Source: Pavona decussata (lineage: Eukaryota). From it: 64,000 nucleotides of DNA. This document shows, piece by piece, positions 1-12,229 of the stretch. Location of the stretch: assembly GCA_977016875.1 (NCBI GenBank), contig CDRNST010000263.1, positions 248,001-312,000 on the forward strand, given 5' to 3'. How positions within the stretch are numbered: the stretch's first letter is position 1; each line of letters starts with the position of its first letter. The translations under genes were made by a program, and so were the position numbers. The notes under the pieces are model-generated. The model was not told the origin of the DNA. It ran no database searches and was given only the letters and a program-made list of their open reading frames with translations.

Positions 1-372
1 ACGAAAAATCTCTTCACCTGCAGAAGAAACACGCTGCTTGTGTTACCGCTCTGTCAAACTGCTATAATATTAGATGCAACTGATGTTTTGTCCTCAAAAG
101 AATGATGGTCAATACAGGTTAGTTGGAAATCCGTCACTCACAGTCAGTAAGTCAATCCATCCAAGCCCTACAGTCAATTAGTCAATTAGCCAGCCAATTA
201 GACGGTCAGTTAATTAACCATCTCTCTGTCAACTAGCCAGTCAGTCAGTCAGTCAGTCAGTCACTACTGAGTCAGTCAGTTAGTTAGCTAGCTGGCTAGT
301 TTATTTGTTGTCGTGATTGTTCGTAAATTTATCTAACCAAGAACATCTGCCAAATGTCTAACCTCCTAGCAT

Positions 373-658
373 CTACAGTTCGTAATTTTGTAAGTTTGCT
401 TGTTCCGACCAAGCCGAGTATTGTGCTCCATCCATCTCAGGAGCCAACTCATTGCCCTCTTCTAGTTTGTGTCTATCTCCACCAATTGCAGCCTTGCATT
501 CGGGACACGTGCCTCTCTGCATTGCACCACCGCACTCACCAATGGCGTAGATGTGTCCCTGGGGACATTTGTACCAATGACCTTTGGTCAGACCAACCGC
601 TGACACGATCTGCTTCTTTTCTTGTGGTGTTAACGGATTGAGATCAGGGAAAGCCCTC
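373..658 (-). CDS. ZNFX1: ZNFX1 last coding exon (RZ-type zinc finger)
   Basis: GHWYKCPQGHIYAIGECGGAMQRGTCPECKAAIGG...LAPEMDGA..AWS is the ZNFX1/RNF213 RZ finger. Acceptor tag|G at 658. Five exons sum to 5508 nt (1835 aa plus stop). Confidence 0.95.
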
Positions 659-666
659 CTACATTA

Positions 667-669
667 AAA

Positions 670-712
<43 letters not shown>

Positions 713-735
713 AGAAGTAAGTAAATAAAGAAATA
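667..735. repeat. (TAAA)n microsatellite next to the last ZNFX1 acceptor; other microsatellites at 238-262 (CAGT), 6197-6227 (TAT), 41659-41694 (TAAA), 55357-55386 (AAAAC)
   Basis: Direct inspection. Confidence 0.95.
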
Positions 736-995
736 AAGAAATTAGCTTGAAAAATTTAAGAACTGATGACTTTCCAACTTGATGAAGTTTTGCCATGAGA
801 AATTATGATTGTGGTTTTCCGGCCGGTCAAACAAAATCTTTAGCAGACTGCTTTTGTCAAGTTAACACTCGCACAAATAATAATAATAATTATAATAATA
901 GTCTTTATTCAATCAAAGGATAAAAACACATATCCTAAGTTACAGTGAAAAAGTAAAAATACACGATAAAATACAACAATAATACAGGATAGAAA

Positions 996-1026
<31 letters not shown>

Positions 1027-1799
1027 TCTATTTATAAAGTTTGCGGTTGAGCTTTTGTGGGTAAAAATTTCACAATATTCCATGATACCTAAACACAAAA
1101 AGCTGAGAAACACGTAAAAATGTAGTTTTTTTCGCCAAAAAACCAGCTTACGATCACCAAAGGCAAACCTCTATCAGCTAAGATGGCTAAGTGTGGAGGG
1201 CGTTTATTTACTACCCGACGACGTCTCTAAGGGGAACTAAGGTGAACACTAAGCCGGAACGATCGGACTTTCCGGACAAAATCGGAATGCATTTTTGGGC
1301 ACTTAGAATTCTACCGGACTTTCGGTGTCTCCAAGCTGGTTCAACCTCGTTACCCTTAATTTATGAGAGAAACGCCCTGGGAACGAGGTTGAAACTGGTC
1401 CGAAATCATATCGGGTAACTTATTCAGAAACTGAACTGCCTAAACAGAAAACCGGCATAACTGGTAACCATGGCTCAATTGGATCAGACACTGGCGTTAC
1501 TTAAATAGCCGCGCAAGGTTAGTTAAATATCAGTTTTTGAAGGTTATATGAGTTTTTGTTAATCTGAAAATGGTTTGAACCCAGGCTGATCAAGTCATAA
1601 GTACGTAAATTACGATCGTCGGGATGAATGTCTATTTATTATACTTTAGTTTTCATGCTGTAATGCGCCTTTGACCATTCTATGTTCAAAGGCGTACCAT
1701 ATAAGTTATTTTAGAAGAATGTCACCTCATACAGTCCTTCTCAGGACTACACTCACCAAGACGATCACAAGTTATATACTTACAACAATCAATCATCAC

Positions 1800-2073
1800 C
1801 TTATAGCCGCAATATTTTTCATCAATTCGTCAAGCTTCTCATCTTCTATGCGTTGGCCACTGTTCAGTTTTTCGCGCACTGTAGTCATCATTTGGTAGTG
1901 AGGCTCGTCTAGCTGTAATTTCAGGTCCTCGACGTCGTGGCTCAGTAAGCATAGCTCAAGTTGGAGATTAAGTCTGGAGAATTCTGTGTTGATATCTTGC
2001 AATTCTCTTTGTGTTACTCCACTTGAGATAAAACGTTTTCGAAGGAAGGACAGCCCATTTGCAACTTGAAGGC
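1800..2073 (-). CDS. ZNFX1: ZNFX1 coding exon 4
   Basis: Open frame GLQVANGL...QRELQDINTEFSRL...AAIR. Acceptor ttaaag|GC (phase 1), donor ATAAG|gtgatg (phase 2). Both phases match. Confidence 0.85.
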
Positions 2074-2308
2074 CTTTAATTTGCAAAAAAAAACAAATCA
2101 CGGTAAATCTAGAGTGATTTGTTCATGTCACTGATGTCATTGTTGGCATGGCTGTCCATTTCTTTAAGTCCATTACTTTAATTTATTGTTTGTTTCTCTA
2201 TAACGTTTCTCCAGATCTGCTATCTGTGAGTGACTATTCGGTCAGGTATCAATCTTGTGATTACGGGATTTGTCAATAATACAAAATGTTGTTTGTCCTT
2301 TGACTTAC

Positions 2309-2739
2309 CATTCAAGTTAGTTTCCTTGCAGACGTCCAATGTTAGGCTGCTTGCATTTACTTTAATCTTTTCCCTCATCACGCAGAAACGTTCCATCAGC
2401 ATCACCTTGTTTTCAAGTAATGTTGCCATCAGATCATTCTTCAATTTATGGACCCCACGTACCAGTACCATCCAGTCAAGATGATAAGTCTCTCCACTGA
2501 ACTCTGCTGACAATTTGGTTAAACGATTCAGCAGACGCGTCATCTTCTCGGTAAGGCCATGGCTGGTTCTTTTTTGCATTTCTGCCTTTACCTTTTCTAT
2601 GTCTTGAAGCTGCTGCTTGATGACGTTACCGTACCGTAGACTCAGACGAATCGTCGTACTACAAAGAGGACACCTTTTCATTTGAATCACGTGACTCTCC
2701 GTTGTGCCATCAGTCGTGTCATCTAGCATATCCATGTAC
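2309..2739 (-). CDS. ZNFX1: ZNFX1 coding exon 3 (second half of RING-like domain, helical region)
   Basis: YMDM...IQMKRCPLCSTTIRLSLRYGNVIK. Acceptor tttccag|G, donor AATG|gtaagt. Phases fit both neighbouring exons. Confidence 0.9.
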
Positions 2740-3315
2740 CTGGAAACAAGATTTTGTCGCATCGCTTAGCAATGTAGTTTATAACTGTTTCAATCTGGAC
2801 AAATTTCCATAGTCAGCACAATCCAAGTGTTCCAACCAAGATCAAATTAACAAGTGCCTCATTTATAAAAAATGAAGTTTTAAGTTCCGTTAATTGTTCC
2901 AATACTCATCTTCTAAATTTCAAAATGAGAGCTTCTTCATTTTGCTTTTAAGTCGTGTCAAATGTTATTTCAGTCGCTCAGAAATTGGCCAAAATAGCAG
3001 CAAATCAGCTTAAGAACTAAAAAAAGAAACCAAATGGCACATAGAAGTGAAGGGTCTCAGGCTTAAAAGGAGGAGAAAATGAAAACTGAAATGCTGATGA
3101 GAGATGTAGTAAGAAAAATGTAGTGAGAACCTCAAAAATGATATGTACAGAATTGGAATCGATTCATAGATTCTTCAGTTTTAGCCCTCCTAGCTGGCTC
3201 CAGAGGATGTCCCAAGGAGCTCCCAGAAGTCCTCTTTAACCGTTCTGCTGAATAAGGGTGACGCGGGATGCGAGAACGAAATCAGGAACGCTTTTGCACG
3301 AGAGATGATAACTAC

Positions 3316-5911
3316 CTGTCAAGATCGGCCACTGCAAAGACGTGCCCGCAATCTCGAAGCCTGATAAACCGTGCACCCTCGTCGTCCTCTCCACCCAAGA
3401 AAATTTTCGTAATTGGTTCACTTTCGTCATTTTTTGTGCATAAGGCACAAATGCACTCCTTCTCGCACATCAAACCACGACAAACATGGTAGCACTTCAA
3501 AATTTTATCACAGGGTACGTTGCAACGCGGTCTGTCACACGGTTCGTGGCATCGCTTGAAACATTTATGATGTCGACATTCCCACGAACAAAATTCCATA
3601 CAGGGATTGCATTGTTCTCCACACTTTTTGCCGCATCTACTGTGAAAGCAACGGTTTTCACAATGTCTGGAACAAGATGGGCATGGCGTGGTGCAGGCCT
3701 CTTTACACAAGTGAGAACAAACCAACATGCGCCCACACCTAAATTTACATCGCTTGTGCACTCGACCCATTCGACACTCGCCGCACGTCCCAGAGCACAG
3801 GTGACCACATTCCAAAGTGGCCCGACAAGGCATTGGGCAATTTGTTTGTGTGGCAGAGCAGGCAATGGTGACCTTGTGCCCACATGGCCAATCACTTCTC
3901 TTCACCAGCTCTTGGCACTCAGTTGTACATGGCTTTTTACAATGGTTCTGGCAGATATGGCCACACGATAGTATCTTGGCACATCGTTCTGTACAAGGAA
4001 CACTTTCGAGGTCCACCCCGCATTTCACCATCGCCATATGACCGCAGCCCGGCAACGCTTTCTCGACTTGCTCTTCACATTTCTCCAGGCAAGGTTCACT
4101 ACAACGCTTGGTACACGGATGAGCACAGTCTTTAATTTTTCTCGCACAAGGCTCCCCGCAGACGTACTCTTTATGTCGTGTGTCATAAGGATGGCAAAAT
4201 AGCTTGCACGCATGGCCGCACTCCAAGCGCACCTCGCATCTTAGCAGACATCCCCCGTCAGGAACTTTCTCGCTGAAATCTTCTGCTGTCTCGGCTGCTA
4301 CTTCCTCTCCATGGATTTGACAAACAAGGGGGACTGCGTTTCCGATGCTACTACTTTCTTTCAAATCTGCCACAATTTTGCTCCAGATGTCACTGTGTTT
4401 GGAGAGAAGGTCAAAGTTTCCGATGCAGTAAAAACCTTTTTTGGCACGAGAGAGAGCCACGCATGCACGGTTGATTGTCTTGATGAAGCCCACCTTCTCG
4501 TCCTTGTTGCTGCGCACCAGCGACAAAAGGATGATGTCGTTTTCTTCGCCCTGGAAGTTGTCAACGGTCGTCAAGCGAACACTTTCAAGGTTTTCGTTTT
4601 TGAGGCAGTCTCTCATGGCAAACATCTGTCCCGTGTAGGTTGTCAGAAGTGTTATCTGCTCAGCCTTGTAGCCTTGTTGAAGTAAGTACCGACACAGAGC
4701 AACTAGGAACGTAGCTTCGTGGTCGTTGGTATGACTGTGCGATTCATCATTTTGGTTCTCTAAGTGAAAGTGGTTGATAAAGAACATGCTCTTCTTCACT
4801 CCTTTGATGTCTTCATACTTTTCCACAGATTCGTGATTCTCAAGATCTTCGTAGATGTGTTTCATCAGGGCGGCAATTTCAGGCCTCATTCGATGTTGTA
4901 CAGACAGCTTCTCGCATTGAATTCCAACATTCACCATTCTCTCGAAGAGTGACACATCCAGTTTGTACTTCTTGGCCAATTCATAGACTGAAGGGTTTGG
5001 TCTAAGTTGCTGATGATCTCCAATCAAAATCAAGTGTTGACAACCCTTTGTCAATGATGTAATAATATGAGCCTCAAGCACCTCAGCCGCTTCTTCCACC
5101 AAGACGATTTTGGGGCAAATCTGCTGGAGAATATGGCGGTACTTGGCGGCGCCCGTGGTTGTCATGCCAATGACACGTGCTCTTCGAAGAACATCATACT
5201 CCTCCATCTTGTCTAGTTCCTTGTCACGTGACACTGCTTCTTCGAACTCTGCTTGGGTCTTTTGCAGTTGTTCCTGCAGGGAATTTTGTAACCTTTGACG
5301 CCACAACCTGTATAACTTCCAGCGGTCTTGTCTGCGTAAGTCATTAACATGGCGAACAGCATCCTCCTCCTCTTCGGTCATCACTTCTTTGCTTACTAAA
5401 TTCCTTTTCAAGTAACCTGGATTTTTCGCCTCGTTTAGAGAGACAACAGCTATTTCCCGTAGCGTAGCATTGGCGTCTCTGTCGAATCCCTCTTCGTTGT
5501 TAAAACAGTAACCTGGTGTCGCTACCTCCTTAAGAATATCATCTCTTTGATAATCACTTCGACTGTTTATTGATCCGTCACAGATGTCAACGTCAAGCCA
5601 CCTCAATAGCACCCCATTGATTGATCTTTTTGAAGCCATTCTCAAAAACTGAGCATAGTGCTTCCCTTTTATGCACGTTTGTCCTTTAACAGGTGCTTTA
5701 AAAACATCGAGAGAGATCATGCTCGATCTTGTAGCTTTTAACGTGAGGGAAGAGCGCTGGTAAGAACGCTTTTGTGATTTGATCTCGTATCTTGTTGTTC
5801 TTCTGGCAGGACCAACAGTACTTTGTGCTATCATCTTTAGTTTCTTCAGATTGTACTGCTCCAGCTTCGGACTCTTGCTTCGGCCACCAACCCGAACGAT
5901 ACCTGGAAACC
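3316..5911 (-). CDS. ZNFX1: ZNFX1 coding exon 2 (helicase core, NF-X1 Cys/His zinc-finger array, start of RING-like domain)
   Basis: IVRVGGRSK, GMTTTGAAKY, VEEAAEVLEAH, LIGDHQQLRP, QHRMRPEIA, TVDNFQGEE, NRACVALSRAK, many CGHxC repeats, DCGHVF. Acceptor at 5911 (or in-frame 5902). Donor GACAG|gtagtt at 3316. Confidence 0.95.
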
Positions 5912-6193
5912 CTGGAAACAGATAGACAGTACTTACAGTCATGCCGAGCTATTACAATGTCGTACTTAGATACCATGTTACTAACGGCCCGGAAACAGAT
6001 GGCTGATTAACAATGAGGTGCTTGATAAAAGCAGTCAAGAGCCGAAATAATGAGGGCCACCTTTTAAGTTAAGCTGCATCTTAAGCGATTTCTAAAAAAA
6101 AATAATACAGAACATCGGATAAATCCTATCCTAACATACAGTGTAACTTCATGAATCCGATTTCAGATTGTGTTGTTGTTTTTATTGTTCTTG

Positions 6194-6228
<35 letters not shown>

Positions 6229-6272
6229 GTTGTTATTGAAAATAAATATATGAAACAGATATTTGACTTGTT

Positions 6273-6620
6273 GGCACCAGCATCGCAGAGGTCATGGATT
6301 CGAATCCCGTTGAAACTTGCATTTTTGGAGGCTTTCTTTTCACGACTACTCAAGTTGCGTAAATAACTGCGGTGGTGCAGTTTCGTCTATTCAATCTTTC
6401 ACCTACCATTCAGATATATTTCATATATTCATTTATTCATCCTTCACGGGAATATTACGAACTAACAATATAACGAGCTTCCATTTTGCTTGATAGCTCA
6501 GTTGGTAGAGCACTGCACCGGTGCCAATCGCAGAGTGTTCGAATCCCTGAATTTTTTCAGGCTTTTCTTCGCAACTACTTAAGTTGCGTAAATAACTGCG
6601 AGGGTCTTTCGTCTATTTAA
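6273..6620 (+). repeat. tRNA-derived SINE-like repeat (about 1.5 tandem units) in a ZNFX1 intron
   Basis: TAGCTCAGTTGGTAGAGC A box, TTCGAATCCC B-box-like motif twice, duplicated AAGTTGCGTAAATAACTGCG. Confidence 0.7.
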
Positions 6621-6992
6621 TATTATTGTTGTAGATGTCATTATGGAAGGCAGCCCAATGTACTAACGACGTCTGTAGCTGTGTTGACGACTTTGGTCCA
6701 AATTTTCACTGATACAAGGTTTGAAGTCTTTTCTATCACACTACCTGCCCCTGAATTTTGACTTGGAAAACACAAAAGAGCAGCTAGCGCTTTGTGTTTC
6801 TCTTTAGGATGCATTTCCAGGCGAGTATTGTGAATTCGGTATCCATTATGTAAATGGGAAGCCCGCAAGAAAACCAGACAGTCAGTTAGTTAGTGGCATA
6901 GTGTAAACAGTCAGTCAGTCTGATGGCTATAGGAAGTAGTTAAAATGATTTAGTTAGGTCGGGAAGGTAGGTAAGTAACTAAGACAGTATAC

Positions 6993-8913
6993 CTTTCATG
7001 GGTAGAAGGCCTTCCAGGAATTGATCCAGGGCGTGATTTGTAAAGGACACCATTAAAATTGGCGATGTCGTCTTCTCGTCTTTCCAAAGAAAGGCGTTAT
7101 CCAAAAGAGCTCGAGCGATTTTCAAACCAACATACGTCTTTCCAGTGCCTGGTGGTCCTTGAATCACCGCCAATTGCTTGGTCAGCGCCAGTTTAAACGC
7201 ACCCATTTGAGATTTGTTTAAGCCCAGGATTTCTTTTTCAGGCCATTCGAAGATCACGTGAGACATCTCGTTGTCCATGGCATTGTCCAGGCTGTTCAAA
7301 GAGTCTGAGTTATCTTGCTGCGGGCTGAAATCATGTGCATGCGCAATGGATGCCTCTGACTTCTCAGGAGAAGCCAACTGAAAAGCTTGGGTTGCGCTTT
7401 CAGTGGTCTTGAGGCTGAGCTCATTTCCCACTTCTAGGTGAGAATACGGGCCTACACGCTGGTCGCTATCAGACGTTTTTGACGTTTTTTCCTTTGATAA
7501 TACACCACTGAAGTCAAACAAGATCGCATCTTTTTCTTCTCCTGCTTTGTTAAGTTGCAAGTGATATTCAGGAGGTCCAACATCCTGACAGCATTCCACA
7601 ATATGCCGCTGAAAGGGGAATTCTTCTGCTTTGATCTCCTTCAATGCTTCCAGCACGTGTCTGTAGGCTTCGAAGTACGCAGGCGACTCTAACATCACAA
7701 ACTTCTCCTCTCTTTGAATAAACTCATTTACTTGCGCCGATTCTACGTTTTCAAATCTTACTTCTAACTCACCCACACTCAGCCCATCGGGATCGCGATT
7801 TTCCACAGTTGCGAAAACCAGTGAGGCGAATTCATCTGGAGAGAGGCAGAGCAGCGAGCCAAATTTGAGTCGTTTAGATCTTCCCCACTTTACGTGCTTC
7901 ACTCTGGGATGAGAATGGTCAAATCTGATTCTGTAAAGCCTACCTTTCTTGCCGTATACAGGAGACAGAACTGTGACATTATAGTACGCAGAGACGTTTT
8001 CGGCGCGTCTGGCGTTCTTCGAAGAACTCGGTTCCAAAGAATGGTTATCTTTCGTTAGTTCTTTGATACCGTCACGAAGAGGCATTACAAAGTCTTCTCT
8101 TAGCAGACGAAACTGTACATCAAGGTAGTGATCCAAGTCTTTAAACTTTCTGTCCGTGATATTTTCACGAAGAAAAGGCCTGGAACAAAGCAGATCTGCT
8201 GCGTCAGGGATGACGCTGAGGTCTCTGAAATTCTGCGGAGGTTCGGTTTGGGAATCTTGAGCACTCGCAGTCATGGCTACACGAATCACCTCATCCTTTA
8301 AGTTTTTGACATTCTGTAGTTTCTCTTCAAGGCCGTCACCGTCTTCGATGAGATTTTTTTCATTCAGCGCGGCCAACGAGGCGCTGAGCTGCGGAAGAGG
8401 AAGGCCATGCACTATGCTTTCACCGAATCTCTGTATCATAGCATTGAAAACGACTGTAAGGCCATTAATCACAGTGCCAAATTTAGTATCGCTTGAGTAC
8501 GCCATCTCGTTTATGAAACGTGAAAGGACTGGTCCGGTGATAAACTTCTTCGCTTTGGGAGAGCGCAGTATTTTCTCTGCGTTTGCTGTTACCATGCTGT
8601 TTGACGAGCATAACAGCACAAATGAAGAAATAACCAGCTTCATTAAGTCGGGCCTAATCTCCTCCAAGCACAACAGCGCTTCGAACCGTCCGGCTTTGCT
8701 AGCTAGTTGTAAAATAGCATTTTCTGAGGATTCGTCTCTACAAATCTGTTCCAGCGCTTTGAACCCAATAGGTTTCGACACATCTTCTCTTCCTTGTTTA
8801 GCATCTCCGTCCGTCCGCTGACGTTTCGGTTCTACGGGACCCCTCGTAGGACTTCCGAATCCGCGTTTGCGACCACGTACCGGAGTGCCAATCCTTCTGT
8901 CGTTATGTGACAT
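6993..8913 (-). CDS. ZNFX1: NFX1-type zinc finger-containing protein 1, coding exon 1 (N-terminal region and start of the SF1/Upf1-like helicase)
   Basis: ORF has HYLDVQFRLLREDF, W-x-x-SKRLKFGSLLCLS, ESPAYFEAYRHVL, Walker A IQGPPGTGKTYVG and FTNHALDQFLEG, all typical of ZNFX1. The ATG directly follows an acceptor (tttcttag|ATG). Donor AAAG|gtatac at 6993, phase 1. Confidence 0.95.
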
Positions 8914-9141
8914 CTAAGAAATACTACAAAGTCAGCATGATGTTAATGTAAACATGATTCAAATCACCCTTGATCGATACTGTATCTGTACTCTACCCTG
9001 TTTTAGCATCTGAACTTACAATTTCTGAATCATAACATATTTCTCATCAAGATTTTCGTCGACAACAAAAAAGTCTCAGAATTAACTGGTGCTTATGACA
9101 ACAACCTGCAACAGTCTAACGCGTGATACCTACTTTTTTTG

Positions 9142-10077
9142 CACCAATCAATTCGAAACTTCAACCTCCCTTCCCGGGCACATTTTTTGGAAATTTGACC
9201 GTGTACCGTGCCCGGGGAGTGGGGAATTTTATTGGGGTGGAAAATTGAAACCGGAGTATCGTTTAGATGGCCTAGCGGAACTCCCACGTGAGTATTTGGG
9301 CGTTGAGGAGTTTTTCAAGGACGCGATCTCACCATTATTAGTGCCATGCTTAGCGAATGGCTCACTTCAAACGGTCTTTAAAACAGCTTTTGAAGGTTTC
9401 GTTAATATATCGCTGTGCACAAAACATGACCATTAAGTGGTTGATTGATTGATTGACATGACTGACTTATTGATTGATTTCAATCAATTCCAGCAGTGCC
9501 CATTCTCCCTCGGGCATTATCCAGGCATTTTTCAACATTGTCTGCCCCTTGGGTTGTGCATTAGCCTCAGTATCACGGGGCATTTGACCGCCTCATAATT
9601 CTCACCTCACAATACCGTCGCATCGTTACAATGATATGTTCACCAGCAAAGACAATAAATTCTTGATAAACTACGTCTGAGAAGGACATAATTAGGATGG
9701 TACATCCACGGAATGAAAGGTCATTGCCACTATTTAACTGAGAAATAGGACTTATCCGAGACTAAGTTTAGCGTGAATAATGATAAGCATAGAAGCGAAG
9801 AAATCAACATCTTTTTGAACTGGACCGTGGGGCATTTGACCAGCTCGTCTGTCCCGGCCGTGGGGCATTTGCCAGTTTATTTTCAAAAAATGCTAAAGTT
9901 CGGGGGTCATCCGGGAGTGGTGCCACTGTTGAAATTGACTAATGCATTAGGGTTGGGCATTTGAACGGTTTTTTTGATCCCGAGAGGTGAGAATTTGAAC
10001 AAGCCAATCTTCAAAAGTTCAAATATCCGGGGTTTGCCCAGCGGGGACATTGAAGTTTCGAATTGATCGGCGCATTA
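9142..10077. mobile_element. Nested MITEs in the ZNFX1 5' intron
   Basis: Outer inverted ends ATCAATTCGAAACTTCAAC and TTGAAGTTTCGAATTGAT; inner ATCAATTCCAGCAGTG (9484) and CACTGTTGAAATTGAC (about 9924); repeated GGGGCATTTG. Confidence 0.6.
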
Positions 10078-11246
10078 TGTTAAAATGTTCAATAAACTTG
10101 CAGCACAACTGGCGTACGCACTTCTGGTAGTTTTTAAGTCAAAATCAATTCACCGATTTCCCTTTTTTTTTTTACCGCCATGGACGCTAAGGAATTATGA
10201 CACTGATCTCCTTCAGATATTGTAACGTTTACAAACTAGACTATTGTTCTCTTTTTTTTTTTTTAATTTGTTGATCGCTCTCAAATTAAATTGCTTTTAA
10301 TTCGCCGTTTATTTACCCAATTGCGAGCTTGAGGCTCGCAAGTTCCAAAAAAATGGTGACAAAAATCGCGTGTAAAGGTTCGTTTACACATGCGATTTTT
10401 GACGCGACGTTTGTCGCACTCCACTGAAATTTCCTAGCGCTAGTCTTCGACTTCAAATCGCTCTTCGTTTTTCGAGAAATCCTACTTAATTTGCGTCTAG
10501 TTTCAAACCCGTGCAATGTTGCGGAGATAAATCGCGCTGAAATCGCTAAAATGTTACTTATTATCCTACAAATATACATAACCTTGTATTTGTTATCTTT
10601 TACTGCGAATGGGTTGGATGGAAGTGGATTACAACTTGAAAAAATTGGCCAATTTTTCAAGTTCTTCCTGGGTATTTTGGAGAAATTGCTTAAAACTGAT
10701 TTATAGTTTGTTCTTCATTGGACAAATCAGTTAATATTTTCCTCCCGGTACCCTAAGAAATATTCATGTTAAAGAAATGGTTCTATGTTAAATATTGGAA
10801 TAGCTTTGATCAAAACGCAGTAAAATCTCCGTGACAGTGCCTTTTTAATTTCGTGTGTCGGGGAGAAAAAAAGGCAAAATAGAGATCGTCTCCAGCTGAA
10901 ACAAAACTGTGCTTTGTTATCAATGTGTTGAATAATAAAACTGCTTTGCAGAATACCCCCTGATTTTAGCCAACTTGGCCGTAGGTATCAGGTGATATTC
11001 CGCGCGATTTCGAAGGATAATTTGCTAAATATGCACTGAATATAAAAAGTTCTCCAAGCGACTTTCAATTATAGCTGCACCGATGCGTTAATTTTTAAAT
11101 CAATCTCAGTTACGTAAGATGACTACCTAATCGACGACCTCTTTTTGTCGCCTTCTTGTAACAAGTTCACTCTCATACGATATTGATCGGTTGGGGTAGG
11201 CATTCGAAGGCAGATGAGAATTGGAAGTACCGTGCCGTTCTTTATG

Positions 11247-11883
11247 CAGGGCGTAACATGTCGATAATTTCTAAAGTCGATAGACATCGATCGAATTCGA
11301 TACTAATCAGTCGATAAAAATTGATCACAAGATTTCTTGTGATTATCAATTTTTATCGATTTTCAATGCTAAAATTCCATTTGATCGATTTTAATCGACA
11401 AGTATCTGAATACGAGAAAGACGTATGGCAGAAGATATAAAGACCGCAGTCCGAAAGCGGAATAACCAAACGGGAGCCAATCGGCCATAGCAAGGCTTCA
11501 TTAAACCCGGATTCAGTACACTGTATTAGAAGCTCAAGCAAAAATGAGGAGCAGCAAAATAACTCTATTCACATCAAATCTCCAAAAAACTCTTGAACGT
11601 TTGTTGCTTTTAGATAAACGTGGCTCAGGGAACATCAGTTCAGGTTATATTACAGGGAACGAAATCGGGCACGATCGAACGATGTAGCACGGCTGAACAA
11701 AATAATGTTAACTATTTCTCAAAGTATAAATCCCGGCTATTCTACATTTAATAACAACAGCATTTATAACAAACCACTTGGTTGCTCTGTTTTTATCGCC
11801 AATTATCGACAGATATCGAGTACTATCGACTTATCGACTACGTTCACGGCGATGATCGAATTCGATCGACAAGTTACGCCCTG
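11247..11883. mobile_element. MITE (hAT/P-like) in the ZNFX1 5' intron
   Basis: TIRs CAGGGCGTAACATGTCGAT and ATCGACAAGTTACGCCCTG; many ATCGAT subrepeats; flanks ctttatg and ctgtatg. Confidence 0.75.
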
Positions 11884-11934
11884 CTGTATGTAAGTGACGA
11901 AATAGCACAAACGAGAAGCTGTAATCAGACTTAC

Positions 11935-12000
11935 CTCCAAGACTGATTTCTCAGTGCATTTACATTATAAAATTGAAAAACTTAACCCCGCGAAATTTAT
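11935..12000 (-). other. ZNFX1: Probable non-coding first exon of ZNFX1 (upper boundary approximate)
   Basis: Perfect donor AG|GTAAGT (plus-strand acttacct, 11929-11936). The ZNFX1 ATG follows an acceptor, so an upstream UTR exon is expected. A GAS cluster lies immediately upstream. Confidence 0.5.
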
Positions 12001-12050
12001 GGAAGAACTCAAGCTGCCTGCCAGCTAAGACAAGACTAAAGTCTCATGAT

Positions 12051-12229
12051 TTCCCTGAAAAACGTATGTTCACCGGCAAATTCTTAGAACTCCAATGTGA
12101 CAAGTTGCCATTGGTTTTGATTGATGCACAATCCACAACATTCGATAGTTATTGGCCGTTATTCTTAGGCTGATGAATTCTCAGAAACAGCGGACAAGGT
12201 ATTTACCTCTTCCGGTTAATTTCCAAGAA
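12051..12229. promoter_or_regulatory. Cluster of four STAT-type GAS palindromes (TTCN3GAA) at the putative ZNFX1 promoter
   Basis: TTCCCTGAA 12051-12059, TTCTTAGAA 12081-12089, TTCTCAGAA 12178-12186, TTCCAAGAA 12221-12229, plus near-match TTTATGGAA at 11996. Confidence 0.65.

Noticed and set aside
3486-5298. Plus-strand ORFs overlapping ZNFX1 (also 8273-8821)
   Set aside because: Antisense shadows of long coding exons with no recognisable domains.
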